The notes beneath the pieces are model-generated. The model had not been told where the DNA came from and searched no databases. It saw only the letters and a list, made by a program, of their open reading frames with translations. The translations under genes and the position numbers were made by a program. This document shows positions 25,601 through 37,778 of a stretch of 64,000 nt of DNA, in pieces. Source of the stretch: Azolla caroliniana (taxonomy: Eukaryota; Plantae; Polypodiophyta); the NCBI GenBank assembly GCA_043228905.1, contig JBHGNT010000015.1, forward strand, positions 17,670,001 through 17,734,000, read 5' to 3'. Every line of letters begins with the position of its first letter. The stretch's first letter is position 1.

Positions 25601-27592
25601 ATATTATGTACTATGACCTATCCTTTTTGCTACCAAAACCAAGCCCCACAAAAGATCCTACTGCCCCCCTCCTTCCCTTGTCTTTATTTTTCCTCACCCT
25701 TTGTTTCTACGGTCGCACCGGATCAACTCACTCGAATGAGAAAAACCCTTCCTTATCCTTGGCTGATACATGTCTTGAAAGAAGGTCCGTCTAACCAATT
25801 TGTCGATTCTTTATGCCTAAATGCAGCCTCATCTATAATTTTGTTGCTTGTGTTCCATCGACTCGACTCGCAAACCCTTTCTTGATTGTTGTAATGGGAT
25901 CTATTCATTGTACAATCATCTTCGTACATCAACACGTCTTGATTGTGTTAAAATGGATCTATCCATCATACAATCATCATCATTCATTTGGAAACTAAGT
26001 AGTTTGTGTTTCACCTCGATTGAACGTTCAAATGATCAATCTTTCCTCCCACGCTTAACAACGATAATTGATCACATCGTTGACGTGCACCTATTTGTCT
26101 TGCTTGTTGTTGATAAAAAGCCAGTTTACAAGCAATTACTACTTACCATTGATATTTTTATGTTAGATCCCCCCCCCCCCCCCCCCCCCTTTTTTTTGCC
26201 TTGTTTTTAGTGCTTAGTCTTAGTTACTCTATCTATCAACACAATGGAATGCTTGTAAGTATTTTAGTTGAATGATTTTATATAGATGGTCCATAGTCAT
26301 TGAGTGATAGTAAAATTGCTCTTTGATATGCAAACTTTCATAACATATTCGTAAGTTTGGTGATGGACGAGACACACGAATGGTCCGAGAAGTAGAATAT
26401 GGATATGCTACTTAGGCACTCCACAAGGAACATGCCTTGAGATGAACATTGAATGATGACTTGGGAATACACTTATCAATAAATGGAAATGAGATACAAG
26501 GCATTGCAAATTTGAGTGTTGCCATTACAAGACATTTAAAGAGGTGCCCACCACACCACCACTCCCACAATGTTTAAGATAGATGAGTAATTTCTCTCCT
26601 CATATGGAGCCATCCTTTAAGCTATGGTGCAAAGATATGAATGCTTTCTACTCTTGATTAATCAATGTATCAGTCTTATAAAACTCCACCAAGTTAGCCA
26701 CACTCACCACTTACATTTCCATCGATAAATGAGATTTTAGAAGATGTGTTGTGTTATTAGACTTTGGCCACTTATATTTCCATCATGGTGGTTTGTTGTG
26801 CTTTGAACCGAACCCCAAACCAGTTAATTCTTCACTGGTTTGACCACTCACATGGGACCCAAAGAGTAACTCTTTACATTGTTGTCACTTGCCAAGTCAT
26901 ATGCATAACCATAATTGATCATGAGATGGGTTTTTAGTAGTTTTGCCTAATCTTATGACGAGTATGTGCATATTGATCCCGAAAGGAACGAGGATTTGAA
27001 TTGAATATTACAATTCTACGGTGTGAGATAAACTATTAAGTGTGTTAGTGTGTTCACATGAAGTAGTCAAGTGTGTGAACACACTAGGGCCTAGGGTGGT
27101 AGATAGTAAGAAAGTTGAGTACCTTCTAACCAAGGATGCTTGACCGATATTGGGACTATTTTAGTGCTATATTGGCACTTGTTAACAACGCCATAACAAC
27201 AACCATTGTTACCGTCACAACATGTCAACGGTTGCAATACCACCATTGTAGCACCCTAATGGGGTTGCACTTGTGGAGGGCTTCTACACCACCACCACAT
27301 CAATGTCCTCATGGGGTCATGACAATTGGTGGGTGATCATAGAACCACCACATAACGTGAAAGTGAGGAAGGAATCGTTGGGATTTTGGATGGACGAGAC
27401 GGAAAGAGTATAGATGTAGTAAAGAGAGATTAACAAGATATGACAAAATAAGATGTAAAATAATATTTGAGGGAATGTAAGAAATTTATAATATTTTCAT
27501 AAAAGAGTTACAAAATAGTTGCAAGTGTTCTCAAACCTTTGCAATTTTTCTCACAAGGTAATCCCTCTTTTACCCCTTAAAAGTAAACCACG

Positions 27593-27652
27593 AGGATAAG
27601 ACTTGAACCTCTACCCCTTGGTTGCAAGTTGAGCACCACAACCATCAAGCCA
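27593..27652 (-). other. tRNA-like fragment (A box TGGCTTGATGG, B box GGTTCAAGTC)
   Basis: Pol III box-like motifs at tRNA spacing. A weaker plus-strand one lies at 27881-27936. Confidence 0.35.
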
Positions 27653-28263
27653 ATTCTTCAATTGCTTGAAATTATCTCTCTTTTTATGATATTCTTTCTT
27701 TCGATGTTCCTTGTGAGGACCCTCCCTTCTCCTTTTATAGTAATGGGATGTTCTTGCATGTGTGCCATGTGGCACATATGTAGAGAGGCTATTGCAGGGG
27801 TGCTATATCGTGCACATGTAGTTGATTGCTTGGTTTAGACTGGATAATATTAATTCAAATAAAATAACACACCATAAATGTTGCCTAAATGGTAAGCTTT
27901 GAGACTTATAAGGTGGAGGTTGTAGGTTTAAATCCTTTTTCACCCATGTAATATTATGTTTTTCTTCATTCGCCTCTTCATATAGTACAATATTATCATA
28001 GTACCGTGTTAATATGACCTCCATGTATATTACAAATATGGCCTAAACTCTATCAAGATTCATCTTATTTTAGTTATGTATTTATCTTTGTTGAGAATCG
28101 AACTCAACTTCCTATAGAAATAGGTTTCTCACTAGCTCATGGAAATACCAGGCTAGTTTTGTAAATAGTAGAAAAGGGCCCTTGCCCTAGTTTAGTTGGT
28201 ATTTAAACCAACCCTTTGTAACCTTGTTACTGTTGGAAGTATTTTGGTTGGATGTAATATATA

Positions 28264-28319
<56 letters not shown>

Positions 28320-29182
28320 CTTACGTGCATACACACACACACAGTCCTTCCATTGTATCTCAACCACTCTTGCTCCTCATCCTCTTTACATGGTATCAAA
28401 GCGTGTGGTTGCTTAATCATCCTCCTCATTTCTTGTGTGGTGGTACACGCTGACGAATAATAGAACTGGCTCATCAACAGAGAAGAAATCACCATGAATA
28501 CTCAGATGGGAAGCGCTCTTCTGACGGAGAAGCTCGATAGAACGAACTTCGAATCTTGGGAATACAAGATGCAACAATACCTTGTCGGGCAAGGTTACTG
28601 GAGCTACATTGAAGGAGCTCACGAAACGCAACCCAACCCAACACACATCGATTATCCCGCTTGGGAGTAGGCCGCAAGCCATGTGTTGTATTGCTTGGCA
28701 TCATGCATACATGATCATATGCTGGGATATATCAGAGAGGCAAAAATGCCGAAACAAGCGTGGGAAAACCTCAAGAAAATCTTTGCGGCCAATACGGCTG
28801 CACGGAAACTCCAACTTCGACAGGGGCTAAACAATCTGCAACAAAGGGATATGTCGATCAAAAGTTACACCTTGAAGATCAAGGAACTATGTGACGCCCT
28901 CGGTTCGATCAATGTCATATGATCGATGATGAAGAGATGGTGCAAATATGCCTCAGTGGCTTAACACCTTGATTTGGCTCAATTAGATTGGCCATCCTTG
29001 CGAGAGAGAATCCTCCTTCCTTTTTTGATCTCCAATCGTTATTACTTGTCGAGGAGAATCACGTGCGTCAAAGGAACAACACGCACGACGGACAAATGCT
29101 GTATTCAAATTTCAATGGAGGAAGAGGACACAATCGCGGGAGGAGAGGCCGATTTGGCCAAGGCTGACACAATCATGAACGT

Positions 29183-29760
29183 TGTCGTGAAGATCCGTCA
29201 CTATGTGCGGATCGTGAGGCAGAACCGCTGGGGTTCTAGACCGGAAGGACTCAAAGTTCACACTAGCTTTAGCGAGAAAGGATTTAAGATAGATTGAGAG
29301 AGAGAGAGAGATTGAGATAAAATAGAACGCTTGACTTTAGATTTGAAGAACAAGATTAATACATAAATTGGATAACGAGTTTTCTTCTTAATACTAATTT
29401 TAATATAAAGTACCAAGCTCTCTTTGATCTTTTTCATCCCCCCTTTTATGGATGCTCCCATGCATATGATGCATCTTTGCCATTTGGCGCCCATGCATCA
29501 CATGTCACTTAATCAAGCTCTAACATGAGAATTTACATGTAAAGGTATAATGATAAAAATATAATCTCTAAAGAAATGGCTTGGCTTAATGGTAAGCCTA
29601 TTGCTTCCTATATTGGAGGTGTTAAGTTCAAGTCTTGCTTACATCTTTTTATATTATGCACAAAATACTATTAGGCTTTTGGACCAAATATCTTTAAGAC
29701 ACTATACACCGCGATCAACCGACTCGATCGATCCGTCCGATTTGCATACATTTGGTCTGG
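29183..29760 (-). mobile_element. Truncated LTR of the tRNA-Trp gypsy family, inserted in Copia gag
   Basis: Reverse complement of the 3' part of LTRs 36756-38097 and 45098-46185. Begins TGTCGTGAAGAT after ACGT; the other end is deleted. Confidence 0.85.
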
Positions 29761-32700
29761 AATGTTCATAATGAAACATGAAGCGCACTCGATGTCCGCA
29801 AAGGGTTCAACTAACGCCTCCACCTCAAATAATGTATGGTTTGTCGATTCAGGAGCGTCAAATCACATGACGTCTCATGAAGATTGGTTTCGGGAACTAC
29901 GGAAGCCCAAACGTCTCGGATATGTCGAAACAAGAGATGACACGACTCATCCAATACAGCATATCGGGAATGTCCCATTTGGAAACTACGGAAAACAAAC
30001 CTACCTCAAGAATGTACTACATGTCCCCACCATCACGAAAAACCTGCTCTCAATCGACCAGATTGTCGAACAAGGAATGCAAGTACGATTCAATAACAAC
30101 GGGTGCTTCATCGAAACAGGCGGTCAAGTTGTAGCTCACGGTCGTCGTGAAGGCCATATGTTTATCCTTGAATCGAACGAGGTGAAGTCAACCATGTTCG
30201 CAAAGGGCCTCAAAGTCAAAATGGACTTAAATTTGTGGCACAAAAGAATTGGCCACATCAATCTCCAAAAACTTCAGAACATGCAATCAAAAGGAATGGT
30301 AATCGGACTCCCGAACTTTACCGCGAAGGAGATTACGGGCTTATGTGAAGCGTGCCAGTTCGGAAAGCAACACCGACATCCATTCCCGAAAGAGCGGAAT
30401 GTGAGCAAAAGGGATCCTAGATGTTGTACATTCAGATGTATGGGGACCGGCCTAGACAAGCACACTCGGCAGATGCCGATATTACGTTACGTTCATCGGC
30501 GACTTCTCTAGGAACACTCGGATCTACCAGATGAAACAAAAGAGTGAAGTGTTCGGATACTTCCAGAGATTCAAAGCTGAAGTCGAAAAAGCTACGGATT
30601 GGCATGTATGCTACCTTCGATCGGATGGAGACAAAGAATACTTTTCGGATGAGTTTATAGCAAATCTCCAAAAGGAAGGAATCCGACGAGAATTCTCATG
30701 CCATCACTCATCTCAATAGAACGGCGTAGCTAAGAGTAAAAACCGGCACATAGTAGAAGTCGCTCGGGCTATGATGAATGAGAAGAATCTGCCAAAATTG
30801 TATTGGGCAGAAGCGGTGAACACAATCGTATACCTCATGAACAGGTGCACAACCTCAGGAGTACACAACATAACCCCGCATGAGAAGTTCTTTGGAAAGA
30901 AGCCGGACTTATCACGCCTCCGTATTTTCGGCGGAATCGCGTACGTACACATTCCCGATGATACGTGACAAAAGCTCGATCCGAAGTCGGAGAAATGTAT
31001 CCTCGTAGGATAGTCACTCGAACAAAAGGGGTACAAATGCTACGACCCATCTACCCGAAAAGTTCGAACAAGTCGAGATGTAGTCTTCAACAAATACGCA
31101 TCCTGGTACGCACCAGAGAATACTTCGACTCCAACTCCGCTCGACGCGGATGACATCGAAATAGAAATAGAAGCTGAGGATAGTCTCACGCAGATGTTTG
31201 AAGATAGCCCAATCTCGACATGGCTGAGTGGGCCATCAGAGCTGCCAAGCGATCAAAGCACATCTCGGCCGAGTCTGAAGCTGGACAAAGGGAAGGCGAA
31301 AATGCGTGAATATGAAGATTAGGAAGAGACTGAGGTGCTTCACTCTCTCAACAATGAATTTGAAGGTCTCCACACTCACATAAATGGAACGAGGAAAGCC
31401 ATAGTCCCCACGGATGCAGAGCTACGCCAGTCCACTTGTGAAAAAAACCCCGTAAGCCGTTTCGGGGTATCATTATGTGTTCATGGCGTATCATTACGTG
31501 TTCATGATGAAGGTAGCGTCAGTATGGGAGCCGGAGATGCTTTCTGAAGTTGTATAGGATTCGCGATGGGTCAATGCGATGAATGAGGAAATGGAAACGT
31601 TATGCAAAAACGAGACCTGGGATCTCGTTCCTCACCCTTTGAACAAGAAAGCAATTGGCTGCAGGTGGATTTACAAAGTGAAACACAATGCCGACGGCTC
31701 CATAAATCGCTTTAAAGCACGGCTCGTTGCGAAAGGATACGCGCAAACGCACAACGTTGACTACGAAGAGACCTTTGCCCCGGTGGCAAAGATGACAACT
31801 GTGTGGACCGTAATTGCCATCGCGTCAGCAAAAGGGTGGCACCTCCACCAGATGGATGTCAAGAACGCCTTTCTTCAAGGCAAATTGGAAGAGGAGGTGT
31901 ACATGATCCAACCACCCGGTTTTGAATCGTGCAGTCATCCGAACGTCGTGTGCCGACTCAAGAAGCCTCTCTACGGCCTCAAACAAGCACCATGTGCGTG
32001 GCACTCGAAGATTAGGAAGTATCTTCATTAGATTGAATTTCAAATGTCAAAATCCGATACTTCTCTGTACATCTGAAATGAGTCGGATAGCCCGATTGTC
32101 ATCATCCTTTACGTGGATGATTTGGTCATCGAAGGAAAAGATCTAGCCGAGATTAACAAGGTCAAACCACTTCTCTTTGGCAGATTCGAAATGAAAGACT
32201 TGCAGGAGCTCCATTTGTCACGGATGAACAATTGGGGGTAAAGAGATGGGGAAGTTGATGAGATAGGGAGATCGAGAAGTTGATGAAAATGAGTAAAAAT
32301 ATCTATTCCATGACTGGTGTTGATCTCCTTGATGTTAACAAGGGAGATCAACCCTTTTTATACATGTAATGATGTATGATAAGCATGCTCATGCCAAGTC
32401 TTACATACTATAATATCAAGCATACTAATTCTTGCATGCCAAGTCTTACATACTCAGTCTTACATACTAAGTCTTACATATTGGGTCTGACATATTGAGT
32501 CTTACATAGTAGGTCTTACATACCACTCTTTATACAAAGGTTTGAAGTCTAAAGTTTGTCTAGGAGAAATATATATACAAGGGCCTAAGGTTCACATTTG
32601 AGTCGATGTTCATGGCATTATCCTCCCCTTAGGTGCCGACTTCAAGAAGGTGCGGGTTTGTGAGGATATCGGAGATGAAAATCATGAACCACTTCCGAGG

Positions 32701-35360
32701 CATTTAGTAAATTTCTAGCGGGCTCCCATGTAGCCTCAGAGATGGGATATCCTTTTCACAATACCAGATACTAGAGCTTTCATCGGCTCTTGTGCGAGTC
32801 TAGAATGGTCTCAACTTCATACTCATCCCCGGTCGCCAAAGCCACAGGGGGAGGTGACTCGATGCTTCTTCCTGGAATTGAGGATGGATGATAGAGCTCA
32901 AGAAGTGATGCATTGAAGACATTGTGAATTCGGTGGTGTGATGGAAGAGCAAGACGGAAAGCCACAGTGGTGACTTTATCAATGATGCGGAATGGCCCCA
33001 ACTTTTTGTAATCAAGTTTGTTGCATGGGCGAGTTGTCGGAATATGTCGACGTAATAGCCATACCATGTCACCGACTTTAAAATCAGGCGCAACCCGTCA
33101 ATGTTGATCAACCTTCTCTTTGTGTCGTTCTTGAGCAATTGAGAGTTCTAGGGATAGGTCATGATGCATTTCTTTCATCAGACGAGCTCATTCTTCAGCA
33201 GATGGATTCACAAAACCAACAAGGATAGCTATACTAAAGCGTGGGTGGAATCCATAATTTGCGAAGAAAGGTGTTACACTAGTTGATGTGTGGAGAGTAT
33301 TGTTGTAGGCGAACTCAGCCATTGGAAGAAATTTGATCCAATCATCTTGTTGATAACTTATCATACATCAGAGATATTGCTCTAGGATTTGATTTACTCG
33401 TTTCGTTTGGCCGTCTGTCTCAGGATGGAAGGCTATCAAAAATTTTGTGGAAGTTCCAAGAGTTTGGAAGAGGGGCTTCCAGAAATGAGACATAAATTGG
33501 GGACCACGATCAGAGATAATGTCATCTGGTAAACCATGAAGGCGCATGTCAATATTTGTTAACAATAGATCTGTTGTTTCCATCTCTGAAATTGCTTTAG
33601 AACATCGAATAAAATGTGCCATCTTTGTGAATCTATCCACCACCACTAATACTGAATTGAATCCCTCAATGTCGGGAAGGTTGGTGATAAAATCTGTCGA
33701 GATGGAGGCCCATGGCCTACTTGGAATTGGCAAAGGTTGAAGTAGACCGTAGGGACGATGATGTACTGCTTTGGCGCGGGCACATGTATCACATGTTTTC
33801 ACAAATTGTTTAACAAGTTTCCAAGGTTGTGGCCACCAATAACTTCTAGAGATTAACTCCAAAGTTTTTGCAACGCCAAAATGTCTAGCTAGGGCGTCAT
33901 CATGGCATTTCTTCATGATACGGATATGACAAGGACCATTTGGGATATACATTAAGTTGTTCCGAAAAAGAAAACCATCTCGAAACATAAATTGTTCTTG
34001 ACGATTCCGTACCTCCTTTATGGTTGATTTGTTGACTCGATTATCCTTAATATCTTTTGCAAATTTGTCGGTGGCAGTATCTGCGGCTATTGCATTGAGT
34101 AATGATTCATCTGCACCCATATAAGCTGCAAAGAGCTGAATCTGATGTGGTTGTAGGAGACAACGTGATTGTTGATTGTAGGTCTCATCTCCTGGTCGAA
34201 TTTCGAATTCTGAACGCCGAGATAGGGCATCGGTTTTACCATGTTGGGCACCGCGACGAAAAACAATTTGAAAGTCATAGTCAGCCAAGAAGGTCGACCA
34301 TTGCACTTGCCTCCGGTTCAAAATGCGAGTAGTGGTGAAGTAGACGAGGTTCTTGTGATCGGTCACCACTTGAACACGGTGTTGGGCGCATGCTACGTAA
34401 GGACGCCATTCTTCAAAGACTGCAATAATGGCAGAGAGTTCTTTATCATAAACTGGGTAGTTGATCTCGGGAGGTGTGAACTTCCGAGAATAAAAGGAAA
34501 CAGGATGAAGAATCCCATTGTTATCTGATTGAGAGAGAATGGCACCGATGGTGAAGTCAGAGGCATCAGTTTCGATCGTAAATGATTTGGTCAGATCTGG
34601 GTGTAGTAGTACCGGAGCCGAGGTAAAAGCTTTTTTTAGTGTCTCGAATGCTAGTTGGGTTGTGGGAGTCCAGCAAAAAGGGGAATCCTTCTGAGTGAGT
34701 GTTATAAGTGGTTGCGCCAATGTAGAGAATCCTCGAATGAATCGACAATAGAAGTTGGAAAAACCCAAAAATGATTGCACATCCTTGACCCCAGTGGGGA
34801 CTTCCCACTGTTGAACCGTTTCGACTTTCTTCTCATCCATAGTGATACCATAAGATGAAATGACATACCCGAGGAATTCAACTGAGGTTTGATCAAACTC
34901 ACACTTTTTGGGTTTCGCATAAAGTCCATGTTCCCGAAGTTTGGTCAAGATAAGTCGAACGTGCTTGGTGTGCTCTATGTAGTCCTGTGAAAAAATAAGT
35001 ATGTCGTCGAGATAGATGACCACAAATTGGTCTAGATATTCTCGGAAGATGTCATTCATCATATGCTGGAAAATGGCAAGAGCATTTGTGAGACCAAATG
35101 GCATTTACCATGTATTCAAAATGCCCCTACCTGGTTCGAAATGTCATTTTCCACTCATCTCCAGGCTTGATACGCACCTAGTTGTAGGCGCCTCTGAGAT
35201 CGAGTTTGGAGAATATAGGCCCAGCCCGAAGTCGGTCGAGGAGTTTGGGGATTAGAGGTAGTGGATAGCGGTTTCGAACCGTGACTCGATTGAGCCCGCA
35301 ATAGTTGATACATAGGCGCAACGTTGTCGTGAAGATTTTCGGCAGCGGTGTGAAAATTGC

Positions 35361-36416
35361 ATGGAACGTACAAAATCAAGTGTGGTTCTTCACACGAGAC
35401 ATGAAACAAAAATTGCTAGTGTAATTGAGGATCTAGCCGCTAAAGACGACATCGAGGAGGTGGCTATGAGCGAGACAACAAGCGTCGACAACGACCATGA
35501 CCAAACTTTCTCCACACTTGTTCGAGAGACTTGGGCAATTGCGTCCGAGAACCGATGTAAGACCCAAGAGATGGGAGGTGACGGCGAAGAACCAAAGGTC
35601 GAAGCTAAAGAGAGAAGCATAATCGAAGCTTGTTCGATCAAGAGGGTCAATGGGTGCGAGGCCCATGAGATTGAAGAGATAGCCACAAAAAACGACATCG
35701 AGTCGAAGATGGCTATGAACGAGTCGATGGCGGATGGTCATGTGGAGACTTTCCTAACACTTCATCTAAAGACTTGGGCAGTTGCGTCTGGGAACCAACG
35801 TGAGACCCAAGAGACGGATGGTGGCGAAAAGGAAGAGAAGGACCAAGATAATACTGCCAATGACGACGACCAAATTTTCTCCACACTTGTTCTAGAGACT
35901 TGGGCAATTGTGTCCAAGAACCGATGTAAGACCCAAGAGATGGGAGGTGATGGCGAAGAACCGAAGGTCGAAACTAATACATACGGCGAAGAGAGAAGCA
36001 TAATAAAGGATTGCTCAATAAAAAGGATTGATGGGTACGAGGCCCATGAGTTTGAAGGAATAGCTATGGAAAATGACGTTAGTACGAAGATGGTGAATGG
36101 CCATGAAGAGCCTTTCCCCGCAATAGTTCTAGAGATTCGGGCGTTAACTGATGTAAGACCCAAGAGACGGAAGCTAGCGGCGAGGAAGCAAAGGTCAATG
36201 TTGATTCGAGCAACTTTAAGATGGAAATGGCTAAGTGCAGCACGAAAAAGGCGAACGATGGAAATGTATGGGTCCCTCCACACTCATTCTAAAGACTTGG
36301 GCATTAACCGATGTAAGACCCAAGAGAAGGCTAGTGATGGGGAAGAAGCAAGGGTTAAAGCTGATATGTGCAACAAAGAGTTTGAGCAAAATATGACAAG
36401 GGATGGCGATGGCTAA
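35361..36416 (+). CDS. Retrotransposon 3'-region extra ORF with internal acidic repeats (351 aa as called; 5' end fused to LTR fragment)
   Basis: Open frame with ~5 imperfect repeats of (T/I)FSTLV(R/L)[24 protein letters not shown], located upstream of the PPT. Confidence 0.45.
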   Translation: MERTKSSVVLHTRHETKIASVIEDLAAKDDIEEVAMSETTSVDNDHDQTFSTLVRETWAIASENRCKTQEMGGDGEEPKVEAKERSIIEACSIKRVNGCEAHEIEEIATKNDIESKMAMNESMADGHVETFLTLHLKTWAVASGNQRETQETDGGEKEEKDQDNTANDDDQIFSTLVLETWAIVSKNRCKTQEMGGDGEEPKVETNTYGEERSIIKDCSIKRIDGYEAHEFEGIAMENDVSTKMVNGHEEPFPAIVLEIRALTDVRPKRRKLAARKQRSMLIRATLRWKWLSAARKRRTMEMYGSLHTHSKDLGINRCKTQEKASDGEEARVKADMCNKEFEQNMTRDGDG

Positions 36417-37660
36417 GCAAGCCATGAGGATCCGAAGGATGTGATCGAAACATCTATCAAAGACACTATTGTGAACAAGTCAAAGTTCCTTGAGCAAGGA
36501 GACGATCGAGACAAAGGTGGAACATTCATGAGACTTAAACAATTATCCTCAAGAAGAGAGCAAGGGGCCATGACAACAAGTCATGGTAAAGCAAAGAAAA
36601 AACGAATGATATGGTGGATTGGGTGGCAACAATGATTCGAGTACAAAGAAACAGACATGCTTGACATTGAGGAGTCATGATGATCACCATTGCCGAAATC
36701 TCACATTCTCTCTTCTTGGCACATACCGGAGGACGTGCGGTTTGGTGGGGGTGGATGTCGTGAAGATTTTCGACTACGGTGTGAAAATTGCATGGAACGT
36801 ACAAAATCAAGTGTGGTTCTTCACACGAGACATGAAACAATAATAGAGAAGATACTATTTTAGATTAGCTTAATATCTTGGTACGGGAAGATGGAGGTCT
36901 TCAAGAGCTTTCAAATGCTTTTTATTACATAAGAAACATACATCTAAGTGTCAAGTTATGTGGGTATAAAGTTTTGCAAAAGAGAAAAGAGAAAAATAAA
37001 ACTGTAAAATATCCCACATAGATAGGAAAAGTTTAGGCTCTAGCTATATAAGGAGATTGAGATCCATTATATTTTATCTATGTCTTAAGAGCACATAAAA
37101 AATAGTTGAACTTGAGCCACTTTTGTCTAGATGGACATATGTGGCTAAGTCGCCGGACGTGACTAAGTGCTCGAACTGATCGTGAAGAAACTCAAACCGG
37201 TCGACGATAGAACTAGAAACCGGATGCGTCTGGCAATCAGTGACCGGTGAACGGCAATCGGCGGCGGAACCGGGAACGGAGCCGGTGACTCGGCATCCAG
37301 CGAAGTTTTGGCCAACCAAAACCGGCGGTGACTGGTGACTGGCATCCAGTAACGAACGGTGACGGCATCCGGCATTCGGCGACCTCGGGGTGTGGACTGA
37401 ACCGGGCCAAACTGAATGAATGCAAATCGGTCGGGTCGGTTGATCACGGGCATGGTGTCTTAAAGATATTTGGTCCAAAAGCCTAATAGTGTTTTGTGCA
37501 TAAAAGAAAAAGATGTAAGCAAGACTCGAACTTAACACCTCCAAGAAAGGAAGCATTAGGCTTACCATTAAGCCAAACCATTTTATTAGGGATTATATTT
37601 CTATCATTATAGCTTTACATGTAAATTCTCATGTGTGAGAGCTTAGATGATGACATGGCA

Positions 37661-37778
37661 AGCATGCATTGCATGCATTTCATGCATTGCATGCATTTCA
37701 TGCATTGCATGCATTTCATGCATTGCATGCATTTCATGCATTTCATGCATTGCATGCATTTCATGCATTTCGTGCATG
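37661..37778. repeat. 9-bp tandem array (ATGCATTGC/ATGCATTTC) inside the LTR
   Basis: About 12 units alternating in an 18-bp higher-order pattern, not expanded in the other LTR copies. Confidence 0.9.

Noticed and set aside
25259-25616. Possible MITE bounded by CATAGTA/TACTATG
   Set aside because: Only a 7-bp inverted match and no TSD.
32390-32525. Short repeated units that could be mistaken for a CRISPR-like array
   Set aside because: A plain tandem AGTCTTACATACT-like repeat inside a retrotransposon LTR, without unique spacers, in eukaryotic DNA.
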